A stretch of DNA of 54,144 nucleotides, taken from positions 1 to 54,144 of the forward strand of contig CAWAOD010000008.1 in NCBI GenBank assembly GCA_963783575.1, read 5' to 3'. Shown one piece after another: positions 32,985-43,308 of this stretch. Position numbers and translations under genes: made by a program. Origin of the DNA: an uncultured Spirochaetota bacterium. GTDB lineage: Bacteria; Spirochaetota; Brevinematia; Brevinematales; JAOACQ01. The notes under the pieces are model-generated. The model ran no database searches. It was not told the DNA's origin and saw only the letters and a program-made list of their open reading frames with translations. Position 1 is the stretch's first letter. Each line of letters starts with the position of its first letter.

Positions 32985-34286
32985 TCAAATATTTCTGCTG
33001 ATAAATATTCCAGAATTTGATGGAATAATAATATTCCCATTGCTTTCCATTTTAATTTTTACAAATTCTAAAAATAATTCTTTCTCATTTTCATCTAAAA
33101 TCACTCTTTCTTGGTTAATGCCATTACATGAATAAACATAATTAATGAAGGGTTCAGCTTCATTGATTATTAATGAATTTTCATATATTTTTAATATTAC
33201 TTCATTAAAAAAATGTTTTAATTGTTCTTCACCATTTTCAATTGAAAAATTATTTATAAGAGCATTTGTTTTATTTCCTTTAGAAGGCTTAGATTTATAC
33301 TCAAAAATTAATTCCTTCATTTCCTTCATGTAATCTTTACTGAGTGTTGTTGCATAAAATATTCCATCTTTCTTCAGAACTCTATGTATTTCCGATATTG
33401 CTTTATCTCTATCTGGAACATGGTACAACATATGATTTGCTATTATTATATCATAGCTATTTTTTTCATGCGGAATGCTTTCAATATCAATAACTTCATA
33501 TCTGATATTCCTTAATCTATTTCCTATTTCATTCTTTGCTTCATCAAGCATACCTTTAGAAAAGTCAGATAATGTAATATTCCAATTTTTTGGAATTCTA
33601 TCTGCATTTAATTTCCATAACAATCCATTACCGCAACCTATTTCTAATACTTTTAAATTATCCCCTTTCCTGATATTATCAAAAACCCATAAAAGCCATT
33701 GATATTTATTTGTGCTGAATTTATGATGCAAATTAATACGGGCATTAAATTTTGCCGAATCTTTATATTGATTTTCTTTTAGATGAGATATTTCATGGCT
33801 CCTATGTAAATTAAAACTAAAACCAACTCCGTTGTATTTTTTATTTCCATAATCTAATTCTTTATATTCTTTTTCAATTCCGCCGAGTTTTTGATAAAAT
33901 TTATTGTTTTTTGCGTTTTTCAAAGTCCATATAATTAATTTATTATGATTATTATCTTTAAAGTATGAAATCATTGCGTTGAATAATTTTGTTCCAATGC
34001 CTTTATTATGGAAATCAGGGTCAACATAAAAACCGATTATTTCAGAATCATATTCATCATTTCTTAATTTGCCTGAGATAAAACCTAATATATTTCCATC
34101 CTCTTCATAAATAAAAATCTTTTCCAAATTATTATTGATATTGTTAGTGAAATTTTTTACATACTTTTCCTCTTTCATTTCTCTTATATAAGTTATATCA
34201 ATTATTCCATCCCAGGCTGTTTTCCATGCTTTTACTATTATTTTTGCTATTGAATTAACATCGTTTGATACAGCTTCCCTGATCAT
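32985..34286 (-). CDS. GNAT acetyltransferase / class I SAM methyltransferase fusion
   Basis: N-terminal HNKGIG..FYQKLGG; C-terminal VLEIGCGNG, ANHMLYHVP. Confidence 0.85.
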   Translation of the reverse strand: MIREAVSNDVNSIAKIIVKAWKTAWDGIIDITYIREMKEEKYVKNFTNNINNNLEKIFIYEEDGNILGFISGKLRNDEYDSEIIGFYVDPDFHNKGIGTKLFNAMISYFKDNNHNKLIIWTLKNAKNNKFYQKLGGIEKEYKELDYGNKKYNGVGFSFNLHRSHEISHLKENQYKDSAKFNARINLHHKFSTNKYQWLLWVFDNIRKGDNLKVLEIGCGNGLLWKLNADRIPKNWNITLSDFSKGMLDEAKNEIGNRLRNIRYEVIDIESIPHEKNSYDIIIANHMLYHVPDRDKAISEIHRVLKKDGIFYATTLSKDYMKEMKELIFEYKSKPSKGNKTNALINNFSIENGEEQLKHFFNEVILKIYENSLIINEAEPFINYVYSCNGINQERVILDENEKELFLEFVKIKMESNGNIIIPSNSGIFISRNI

Positions 34287-34388
34287 ACTTTCTCCAAATT
34301 TGGATAGCTCATATTCTAAAAATAACTCAAGAATTTATCAAAAATTCAATATTTACCAGGCAAAGCAGAGTAGGGGAAGGTAATGAAC

Positions 34389-35075
34389 TCAATCTGAATT
34401 AACGTATTTTATTGTATATGGACACACCGAAAAACAAATTCCGCACATTCCCTCGGTTAGATTAAATATCTTTCCTCTGTCAGCAACTGTTTTTTTGCAT
34501 ATTTTAGCATCCACAAGCACATCTCTGTCAATCCCGGCGTGCCATAAATTGCCTTTAATAGCTTTACCGGGACAATTAAACGTACAAACATTGCAATTCC
34601 CGCATGATGATTCGGTAATTGGATTCCCTGTCTTGAAAGGCATATTCGTTAAAACCGATGTTATTCTGACGGCAGAACCGTAATCTTTATTAACCATAAC
34701 TGCCGATTTACCGATCCAGCCGGTTCCGGCTAAAGTGGCGATAGTCTTATGGGGAAGCAAAGTTCTATAATTTTCATCCTGCTTAACAAATTTTCTTGAT
34801 TGAGGAAATGCGTCAAAGCCTTTTTGTTTGATGACTTCAGCGGAATACTCGCATATTTCATCCAATTTATCGGTGACATTCTTATATTCATTATAATAAT
34901 CCATATGAGGACCGGTTGGAATTCCGGAGACTATCTTCTTGTCTAAAGCTATAGCGATTATAATTCCATATAGAAATGAATGCCTGATATCCTCGGGAAT
35001 TACGGTTAAATCGGCAAAACCAACCAGAGTCGCTCCATTTTCTTTTAATTTTATTGTTATATAATCATTGTACAA
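34389..35075 (-). CDS. epoxyqueuosine reductase-like 4Fe-4S protein
   Basis: PHKTIATLAGTGWIGKS, CGNCNVCTFNCP, CGICFSVCP. Confidence 0.8.
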   Translation of the reverse strand: MYNDYITIKLKENGATLVGFADLTVIPEDIRHSFLYGIIIAIALDKKIVSGIPTGPHMDYYNEYKNVTDKLDEICEYSAEVIKQKGFDAFPQSRKFVKQDENYRTLLPHKTIATLAGTGWIGKSAVMVNKDYGSAVRITSVLTNMPFKTGNPITESSCGNCNVCTFNCPGKAIKGNLWHAGIDRDVLVDAKICKKTVADRGKIFNLTEGMCGICFSVCPYTIKYVNSD

Positions 35076-35160
35076 CCTGCCGCCTCCTTAAATGCTTTAT
35101 AAATCTATTTTAATTCTACTCTGTAGATTAATCAAAAATTCAATACCGGCAAGCAAAGCT

Positions 35161-35790
35161 TTACTTTTCCCCGATATGAACTTTCTGATGAAAATTTATT
35201 ATTTGACAACCTGCATATTTTAATCCTGACTCTATTATCATACTTTTAAACTCTTTTGTGCTGTAAATTTTCACATGCCCTGGTTCAAGCAATTTTATCA
35301 GTTTATCGGCAGCCTTTATATACCAAAAATCGGCAGTTGGGTCAAGTATATATAATTTTCCGCCTATTTTGAGAAGACGTCGCATTTCCTTCAATGCCTT
35401 GCCGGGATTTAGATAATGATGAAACGAATTTGTACAAATTATTATATCGAATAAATTATCATCAATCGGAATAGATTCTGAGTTTGCAACAATAAAATAA
35501 AAATTATTCCTGTCTCTAAAGTTTTCTTTTGCTTTTTCAATCATTTTAGGGGATAAATCAACTCCGTAAAATGAACCTTTGTTATCGGCTGATTTTGCCG
35601 CCTGGCCTATTGCCCAGCCTGTTCCGCAGCCTATATCAAGAAATTTAATATTTTCTTTAATATCCAGCATGGAAATCAAGCTCTTTTGAGCCTTTCTTAA
35701 ATAATCATATCTAAAGCCTTTTCCATCCATTGATTCTGACCATTTATCCCATTTTGCCTGATTCAATTGTAAGTGTTTTGATTCTTTCAT
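35161..35790 (-). CDS. class I SAM-dependent methyltransferase
   Basis: FLDIGCGTG, GVDLS, SFHHY. Confidence 0.9.
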   Translation of the reverse strand: MKESKHLQLNQAKWDKWSESMDGKGFRYDYLRKAQKSLISMLDIKENIKFLDIGCGTGWAIGQAAKSADNKGSFYGVDLSPKMIEKAKENFRDRNNFYFIVANSESIPIDDNLFDIIICTNSFHHYLNPGKALKEMRRLLKIGGKLYILDPTADFWYIKAADKLIKLLEPGHVKIYSTKEFKSMIIESGLKYAGCQIINFHQKVHIGEK

Positions 35791-36113
35791 TATTAAACTC
35801 CTTCACTTATAATGACGTCAAAACAATTATATTATTGCAGTGCCTGAAAAGAATAATTTATCCTGTCAATAAGATTATTCCAATAATGATCACAAAAACA
35901 CCCATTATATTAATCAAATTGATTTTCTTCAATACATATGTTAGGATTTCAGGGGTTTCGTATGACCAGAAGTGGAAGGCGCATCCAGTATAAGGACGGA
36001 GCCGATAATTTGTCTATTAGCTGGCTTTTTTCGGATATTTTCTTTCTATTAAAGACAAACAATTCATATTCTTTCTTTACAATAAAGAAACTATTATTTA
36101 TAATATCTTCGTT

Positions 36114-37415
36114 ATGAAGAAAGAAACCATAAAAGAAATAATACGTGACTTTCAGACCCGTGATCTGCCTATTGTCCATAAGAGGATTGTTTCACTTCCC
36201 CTGGAGGCCGGGAAAATAGTGTCCATTACCGGAGTCAGAAGATGCGGAAAGACTTATCTTATGTACGAGACGGTTCAACGGCTCATAGACAAAGGTACTG
36301 ATCGGAATAAAATAGTTTACGTCAATTTCGAGGACGAACGACTGGACCTTAAAACGGATGAGCTGGATATGCTCCTCCAGGCTTACCGTGAGCTATACCC
36401 GGATATCCATTTAAATGATGTTTATTTCTTTTTTGACGAAGTTCAAAATATCCCCGACTGGGAAAAATTCATCCGCAGAATAGTTGATACCATATCCAGT
36501 AATGTTTACATAACCGGTTCGAACGCGCACCTTCTCAGTTCTGAAATTGCCACAACCCTGCGAGGCCGATCGATAAATTATGAAGTTTATCCCTTAGCTT
36601 TCGTAGAGTACCTGGCTTTTAATGAAATGAAGGGCGATCTTTACAGTCCCGCAGCAAAAGCAAAAATTGTTCGTCATTTTGAAAACTTCCTATGGCATGG
36701 CGGTTTTCCAGAAATTCTTAACCTCTCGCAAGAACTGCAGGACAAAACTCTCCAAGAATATTTCAACGTAATGATTTACCGGGACATTGTGGAGAGGTTC
36801 AAAATCACTAATTTGGCGACTTTAAAATACTTCCTGAAGCGCGTTTTCGAATCGGTAACAAAGCCTTTGTCCGTCAACAAGGTTTACAACGAACTCAAAT
36901 CCCAGGGTTATAAAATCGGGAAAAATATGCTCTATGAATTTCTGGAAGCAGCCGAAGCGGTTTATCTGGTCCTGCTCCTTAAGAAATTCGCTCCATCAGT
37001 GTTAAAACAGGAATTGTCGGAGAAGAAAGCCTATTGCATCGATAACGGCCTTCTCTGCGCGACATCCTATGACTACAGGAACGACTACGGAAAATTGCTG
37101 GAAAACCTAGTCTTTTTGGAACTCCGGAAATCCGGAAAGAATATCGCATTTATCAAGAACGGTAAAGAATGCGATTTTGTCCTGACGGAGAACAATGTGC
37201 CCGTCCGTCTGATCCAGGTTTGCTATACATTGTCCGACAACGATACCAAAAAGCGGGAAATTATCGGCCTGGCCGCCTTCTGTAAAGCTCTAGATATCCG
37301 GGAAGGATTCATATTGACCTTTGATGAGGAAATGGAGATGGTGGAAGACGGGGTAAAAATTTACATTATGCCGGTTTACCGGTATTTATTGAGTCAAGAT
37401 AAAATCTCAAAATAG
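36114..37415 (+). CDS. AAA+ ATPase (AAA_14 + DUF4143)
   Basis: GVRRCGKT, FFDEVQ, ITGSN, YCIDNGL, ECDFV..IQVC. Confidence 0.9.
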   Translation: MKKETIKEIIRDFQTRDLPIVHKRIVSLPLEAGKIVSITGVRRCGKTYLMYETVQRLIDKGTDRNKIVYVNFEDERLDLKTDELDMLLQAYRELYPDIHLNDVYFFFDEVQNIPDWEKFIRRIVDTISSNVYITGSNAHLLSSEIATTLRGRSINYEVYPLAFVEYLAFNEMKGDLYSPAAKAKIVRHFENFLWHGGFPEILNLSQELQDKTLQEYFNVMIYRDIVERFKITNLATLKYFLKRVFESVTKPLSVNKVYNELKSQGYKIGKNMLYEFLEAAEAVYLVLLLKKFAPSVLKQELSEKKAYCIDNGLLCATSYDYRNDYGKLLENLVFLELRKSGKNIAFIKNGKECDFVLTENNVPVRLIQVCYTLSDNDTKKREIIGLAAFCKALDIREGFILTFDEEMEMVEDGVKIYIMPVYRYLLSQDKISK

Positions 37416-37606
37416 ACTATTGTATGTAAAAAATATTGGTAGAAAAAAGGCTGAAAATGTTCAGTTGTTTTTGTTGAGAATATTAAAAAAATGATGAAGG
37501 ATTATATTCACCTTTATCATCATTTCCCTGGTTATCCTTTATTGATAGCCCGTTTTATTTGCCATTTAAACCTCAAAACATTCTTATTTTATTTATATCC
37601 ATTAAT

Positions 37607-37692
37607 TTCCGAAGGAAATTGTATCGAGGTGGAAGGCCTCTTCCGGTCATCTCGATAATTGGATAAAGTATTTGGCAGATACTCGATGACAG
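37607..37692. repeat. degenerate relative of the MITE interior
   Basis: AATTGTATCGAG ... GTCATCTCGATA ... ACTCGATGAC resembles 30235-30306. Confidence 0.45.
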
Positions 37693-37730
37693 TTTTCTTC
37701 TTCCTGATTTATCTTAACAGACATAATTTT

Positions 37731-38168
37731 TTATTCAATATCAATCATCAAATTTCTTTGTAATGTACGATAGTCATAATTCAGTATTTTCCAGCCATTC
37801 ACCTGCCAGAATTTCAATGCAGATTTATTATCATCCTGAACAAATAAGTTGCATTTTTTTATTCCCTGATTTTTAAGAGAGTTGATGCATTTAAGATATA
37901 ATGCCTTTCCTATTCCCTGATTTCTAAATTCTTTTTTTGCAGATAAATGATGTAAATATCCTCTTCTTCCATCCTGCCCGCATTTGACTGCGCCGATTAT
38001 TTTATCATCGGATAATGCTATAAAACATAAATCCGGATTTCTTTTTAAATATATCTCAAAGTTCTCATAATCATCTGATTCATCTAAATTTAGCCCTTCT
38101 GAATTTTTCCAGAAGTTAATCAGATCAGTATGATCATTCATTGTAATTTCTCTTATTTTATATTCCAT
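37731..38168 (-). CDS. GNAT N-acetyltransferase
   Basis: GQDGRRGYLHHL, RNQGIG, ALKFWQVNGW; GGAG RBS before ATG 38168. Confidence 0.9.
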   Translation of the reverse strand: MEYKIREITMNDHTDLINFWKNSEGLNLDESDDYENFEIYLKRNPDLCFIALSDDKIIGAVKCGQDGRRGYLHHLSAKKEFRNQGIGKALYLKCINSLKNQGIKKCNLFVQDDNKSALKFWQVNGWKILNYDYRTLQRNLMIDIE

Positions 38169-38187
38169 ATATTCTCCCGATAAATAA

Positions 38188-38730
38188 TCAGCATTTGTTT
38201 TTCTTCCAAATAGAGTAATACTTGTTCTTATTAATAATTTCATCCGGCCATTTTTCTTGAACCTTATCTTCACCCTTATAATAATCAACACTGTCAATGG
38301 TTTCATAAATTTCATGATATGGTTCAATATTTATCTTACCGGAGTCGGGATATTCACAGACATCGATATCCGATGTTGTTCTAATATCAAGATAGCAGCA
38401 GGGATTATCTGAATTATTGAATAATTGATGTGCTCCCGTTGGTCCCATTTCCATAAAAATAATATCCCCTTCCTTCACTTCCTGGAATCCTTCAGGTGTT
38501 CGTAAAATTGCATGACCTGATAGAAATACAAATATTTCTTCAGCATTTCTATGAAAATGATAAGGGTATGAAAACTTACCCGGATCAAGCGACCGGATAT
38601 CAAATTTCAGATGCTTTGATTTAAGCTTTTCTGACAGTCCTTTGGTAGTGTGCCAAACAAATTCAGGAATTGGCGATTTATGAATTTCAAACTTTTCCCT
38701 TTTATGATTAAATATAGTTGGCATTTTCAT
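38188..38730 (-). CDS. cupin domain protein
   Basis: YHFHRNAEE, AHQLFN, DVCEYPDSGK. Confidence 0.9.
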   Translation of the reverse strand: MKMPTIFNHKREKFEIHKSPIPEFVWHTTKGLSEKLKSKHLKFDIRSLDPGKFSYPYHFHRNAEEIFVFLSGHAILRTPEGFQEVKEGDIIFMEMGPTGAHQLFNNSDNPCCYLDIRTTSDIDVCEYPDSGKINIEPYHEIYETIDSVDYYKGEDKVQEKWPDEIINKNKYYSIWKKNKC

Positions 38731-38916
38731 CCTCCAATCATCTTTTCTTTATTATTCAATCATTTTTATTGTTTTATTATAGACCGAAAAATTAAAATAT
38801 TCAATTACAAAACTTCCGATGTGTCTGATGAATTGGATTATTTATATTAGTTTGCATTTTTTTATTCGGTACGATAAAATATTTTTTAGAAGCAAGTTTA
38901 AAATCCTGGAGAAAAT

Positions 38917-39693
38917 ATGCTGCTTAAAACCAAACTGTCCTTAGGCCTGGGCTTTTTATTCGTTATTATTTTTGCTCTGGCGATCTTTTTTTCATACAGT
39001 ATCGGAAAATTATCTCAGGAATCAGATAATATATTAAAGGATAATTACAATTCTATAATCTATTCAAAAAACATGATTTCTGCCATGGATGACATAAGAG
39101 ATTCTGTAATAAGCGGCATATTAAATCCTAAGGATAATAAATTAACAGAATATTATACCCGGCTTTTTAATTCGGGAAAAAACGATTTTGAAATTAATTT
39201 AAAAGCTGAAAATAATAATATAACGGAGATACATGAAAATGAATATGTTGATACACTTAATAAAAATTACGAAATATTTTTGAATCTCTGCGTTCTGATA
39301 AAAAAAGAATCAAATATCAATCCGCAGTACTTTAATGAATTTCAGTCGGTTTATGAAGAGCTGAGGCATTCTATTAATGACATCAATGATGTCAATATGC
39401 AGGCCGTTGTCAGAAAAAATCAAACGGTAAAAAATGAATCAAATAAAATTATTATGATTATGGCTGTAGTCGGATCATTTTGTGTTATTTTAGCGTTCGG
39501 ATATTTCTGGTATTTTCCTTTTTATATTTCTAATTCAATATCCTATTTATCGGATAAAATGAAAGAATTACTGGCAAAAATGGGAATCGTATTTGATATA
39601 AAAACAAATGATGAAACTTTTGTAATTTTACACTCCATAAATTTGCTTGATAATAAATTTTCATTAAAAGGCGATGATGAAAAACAAAAATGA
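38917..39693 (+). CDS. membrane sensor-like protein (TM, helical periplasmic domain, TM), no kinase domain
   Basis: KTKLSLGLG TM, ILKDNYNSI, second TM, then a short tail. Confidence 0.7.
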   Translation: MLLKTKLSLGLGFLFVIIFALAIFFSYSIGKLSQESDNILKDNYNSIIYSKNMISAMDDIRDSVISGILNPKDNKLTEYYTRLFNSGKNDFEINLKAENNNITEIHENEYVDTLNKNYEIFLNLCVLIKKESNINPQYFNEFQSVYEELRHSINDINDVNMQAVVRKNQTVKNESNKIIMIMAVVGSFCVILAFGYFWYFPFYISNSISYLSDKMKELLAKMGIVFDIKTNDETFVILHSINLLDNKFSLKGDDEKQK

Positions 39694-39852
39694 AATATTC
39701 CGGCTATTTCATGTTAAAGATTTTTAAATCATACCCCCCTTCAAATTTTATAAATCAAAAACAGCCTTTCGACCGCCGTTTGGTGACGATATAATTTTTG
39801 ATAAAAAATCACTTTTATGTTATATTAACCCTTGTTTTTTAAGAGGACAATT

Positions 39853-40494
39853 ATGAAAAAGGGGCTCATTGTTTTTTTAACCTGCTTAATTCTGTCGGGT
39901 TGTTCTCAAACATTAATGAAATTCGTCAAGCCTGTTCCTTTTGAGAAGAGGCTTCTGGTAGCAGTCGGCGATATTCAAAATCAATCGGGCAATCCAGACT
40001 ATAATCCATTAATGGAGAGAATGACCGGTAATTTTATTTACGAGCTTCATGAAACTGAATGCTTCAGGTTAATTGAAAGGCAGAGATTAAAGTCCCTTCT
40101 TGAGGAATATAAACTTGGCATGGCCGGCCTTGTGGACCCGGCAAAATCTAAAGAAATTGGAAAAATTCTTGGAGTGGATGCAATACTTTTTATAAATCTC
40201 GCGTCTGTAAATTACTCTACCGATAAAAAAGAGGTTGGAGCCATTAAGACTGAAACTGAGACTTTTGAAATATTGATGGATTCAAGACTCGTAACTGTTG
40301 AGACCGGAGAAATACTTGCGGCATCAAAATCTTCCATATCAACAACAAATGTGTTTTCATCCGTCGGCAGTATAAAGAGCGGTGAAAAAGCCGATCAATT
40401 GGCTGTTGTTCAAAATGGACTTGAGGCTTCCGTAAAAACCCTTGCCAGGGAAATAGCCTGGCAGATATCAAGAAGCCGGCAACAAACCATTTAA
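39853..40494 (+). CDS. CsgG/HfaB family lipoprotein
   Basis: Lipobox LSGC, FRLIERQRL..LLEE, IGKILGVDAIL, RLVTVETGEI. Confidence 0.8.
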   Translation: MKKGLIVFLTCLILSGCSQTLMKFVKPVPFEKRLLVAVGDIQNQSGNPDYNPLMERMTGNFIYELHETECFRLIERQRLKSLLEEYKLGMAGLVDPAKSKEIGKILGVDAILFINLASVNYSTDKKEVGAIKTETETFEILMDSRLVTVETGEILAASKSSISTTNVFSSVGSIKSGEKADQLAVVQNGLEASVKTLAREIAWQISRSRQQTI

Positions 40495-40517
40495 CAGGCT
40501 TTAATCAGGATATATCT

Positions 40518-41201
40518 ATGTTTCTTGGAACAGTTGTGAATGCTTTGGCTGTTGCCTGCGGAAGCCTTGCCGGGATTTTTTTAAAAAAGAGTTTTCCGGA
40601 AAATATTAAAGAAATCATTTTTCAGGGGCTGGGTCTTTCGACTTTAACTATTGGGATATTAATGGTAATCAAGACTGAAAATGTTCTGATACTTGTTTTC
40701 AGTGTACTGATCGGCGGTATTGCCGGCGAGTTAATTCGTTTGCAGACACATTTTGATAATCTGGGAGCACTTTTAAAAAAAAGACTGAAATCGGGTAATG
40801 ACCGTTTTACAGAAGGTTTGATTACGGCGTTTCTCGTGTTTTGTGTCGGGTCAATGACAATAATGGGCTGCATCGAAGAGGGAATCAGGAACGACCACAC
40901 TCTCCTGTTCGCAAAATCCATATTGGACGGCTTTGCCTCAATAGCGCTTGCGGCTACTTATGGAAGCGGCGTTTTCTTTTCGGTTTTTGGAATCCTGATT
41001 TATCAGGGACTTTTGACTTTATTATCTGCCTGGGCGCAGTCATTTTTTTCGCAAACTGTCATTTCACAGTTAACGGCTATGGGAGGGATTTTAATAATAG
41101 GAATCGGGTTTAATTTATTGCAGATAAAAAAAATAAATACCGGGAATTTAATGCCGGGTCTGGTAGTTGTTGTCATTTTGACAAAGATATTTATGAAGTG
41201 A
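40518..41201 (+). CDS. DUF554 family membrane protein
   Basis: GTVVNALAV, FCVGSMTIMG, KSILDG. Confidence 0.9.
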   Translation: MFLGTVVNALAVACGSLAGIFLKKSFPENIKEIIFQGLGLSTLTIGILMVIKTENVLILVFSVLIGGIAGELIRLQTHFDNLGALLKKRLKSGNDRFTEGLITAFLVFCVGSMTIMGCIEEGIRNDHTLLFAKSILDGFASIALAATYGSGVFFSVFGILIYQGLLTLLSAWAQSFFSQTVISQLTAMGGILIIGIGFNLLQIKKINTGNLMPGLVVVVILTKIFMK

Positions 41202-41220
41202 ATTAAATTGGAAGGTTGAT

Positions 41221-41898
41221 GTGGATATACTTGTCAGGAAATCAAATCAGAGTCAAGGTCAAGCTGAACTTTTATTGAATATTTACAGGGATATTAAGGA
41301 TAGAATCGACAGCCGACTGCTTGATTTTAAAAGGATATTCAACGAGGGCAGTGAAGAGGATTTTTTTTCAGAGCTTGTATTCTGCATTTTAACGCCGCAG
41401 TCAAAAGCCAGGCAGGCGGAAAAGGTTATGAATGCTCTCTATTGTAAAGATTTATTATTCAAAGCCGGTAAGCAGGAGATTTCAAATGAGCTTAATCTTG
41501 TGAGATTTAAAAATCATAAGGCCGGATATATCGTTCTTGCAAGAAATTTGTGTTTGAGTAATGAAAAATTATCATTAAGGAAATTATTAAAAGAAGCCGG
41601 AGGAGTGGAAGAGAAGAGAGCCTGGCTTGTTGAAAATGTTAAGGGAATTGGATTCAAAGAAGCCAGTCATTTTTTAAGAAATACAGGTCTTGGTGAAGGA
41701 ATAGCTATTTTAGACAGACATATTCTCAGGAATCTTCATGGTTTTGGAATTATAAACGAACTTCCGGGCAGTTTATCTGAGAAGAAATACCTTGATATTG
41801 AGAAAAGAATGAACTCTTTTGCTCTTGAAATAGATATACCGATAGAATCCCTGGATTTCGTTCTCTGGTATAAAGAGACAGGGGATATTTTCAAATAG
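41221..41898 (+). CDS. ogg: 8-oxoguanine N-glycosylase/DNA lyase (OGG2 type)
   Basis: ELVFCILTPQS, GIGFKEASHFLRN (HhH Lys), ILDRHILR, terminal Lys. Confidence 0.85.
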   Translation: MDILVRKSNQSQGQAELLLNIYRDIKDRIDSRLLDFKRIFNEGSEEDFFSELVFCILTPQSKARQAEKVMNALYCKDLLFKAGKQEISNELNLVRFKNHKAGYIVLARNLCLSNEKLSLRKLLKEAGGVEEKRAWLVENVKGIGFKEASHFLRNTGLGEGIAILDRHILRNLHGFGIINELPGSLSEKKYLDIEKRMNSFALEIDIPIESLDFVLWYKETGDIFK

Positions 41899-41957
41899 AT
41901 AATATCTGAATGACTTTAATAAAATTAGTTACATAATCAGGATTTTTGGACGATCGA

Positions 41958-43302
41958 ATGAAAAAAAATTTACTGAAATGCTGTTTGTTTATTTTTATTT
42001 TTATACCGGTCTGTTCGGGTTTTTCTGCAGACACGAATCAAGCCCAGGAATCGCCTCAATACTTGAAAACGCTTTTAATATCAGAATTCCGGGATTCCGG
42101 TAAAACAGGGGAAACAATCTATTGGAACCCTCAATTTCCTCTTATTGTGGAAATAAAGGGAATTACAAATACGAAAATAATTGAATGCACGCTTGAGGAT
42201 GGAGTAAATAAAATTCCTCTTGATATAAAATCCATAGAACAGGAAACCGGATCAAAGGAAAATGCTATTCGTCTTACCTTCTTTCCTGTAACGGGTATTT
42301 CTCCTTTTTCAAAACCCTTAGTAAAAATTATAAACGGAGATAATGAAATCATTACTTTTCCTATGGTAATCGATTCAAATCCTCCGGAGATTGAGGTGAT
42401 CGCTTCTTCCCCGAATATAAAAAAGGGCGGAAGCGCAATTGTTTTTTTCAGAATCATTGATGATAATTTAAAGACAATTATCATCCGGGATAACGAAAAA
42501 GGGATTTTTTATCCGCAGCCTGTTGATGGTAAGAATGAATATGTGTGTTTTCTTGCCTGGCCTGTCTATCTCAATAATTTTGTGGCTGAAATTATAGCAC
42601 TTGACAAAGCGGGAAATTCGGCAACAAATAAAATCCCGATAAAAACTGAAAATGCTTCCTTCACTGTATCGAGACTCAGTTTAGGAAACAGTTTTTCTTA
42701 TGAAAAGGTTAATGAATTGTCAAAAGGCGGAAAAAATGTTCCGGAAAATCCATTGGAGCGTTATGCTTTTGTAATGGAAGGTTTTAATCAAAAGAGGGAA
42801 ATAAATATAGTTGAATTGACTTCGGGAATTTTAGCAAATTCAGTAAAACCTGTTCGTTTTAAACCGTTTAACCCCTTACCCGGCGCCAGAATAACATCAC
42901 CTTACGGCGATCACCGTTATTTCATATTGAATAAGAAAGTAGTTCGCGATTCCTATCATCTTGGGGTAGATTCTTGCGAAAAAAAAAGAATCTGATATTT
43001 ATGTTTCAAACGACGGAATTGTTGTTTATTCCGGTTATAACGGCGCGGATGGAAATATGCTTCTTATAAGTCATGGCCTTGGTATTTATTCTCTCTATGC
43101 GCATTGTTCCCATTTATTGGTTAAAAAAGGGGAATTTGTAAATAGCGGCAGTAGAATAGCAAAAACAGGAGAGACGGGATACGCATTAGGAGATCATCTT
43201 CATTTCAGTATAATCATACAGGGCAGGTATGTAAATCCTTCCTCCTGGATGAGCGCAGGCTGGCTGAAAGAAAATATAAACAAGCTTATCGATTTCAGAT
43301 AA
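41958..43302 (+). CDS. M23 family metallopeptidase; frameshift near 42971-42988
   Basis: ITSPYG, HLGVD (HxxxD), then SLYAH and HLHF in ORF 43057..43302. Confidence 0.85.
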
Positions 43303-43308
43303 GCCAGA

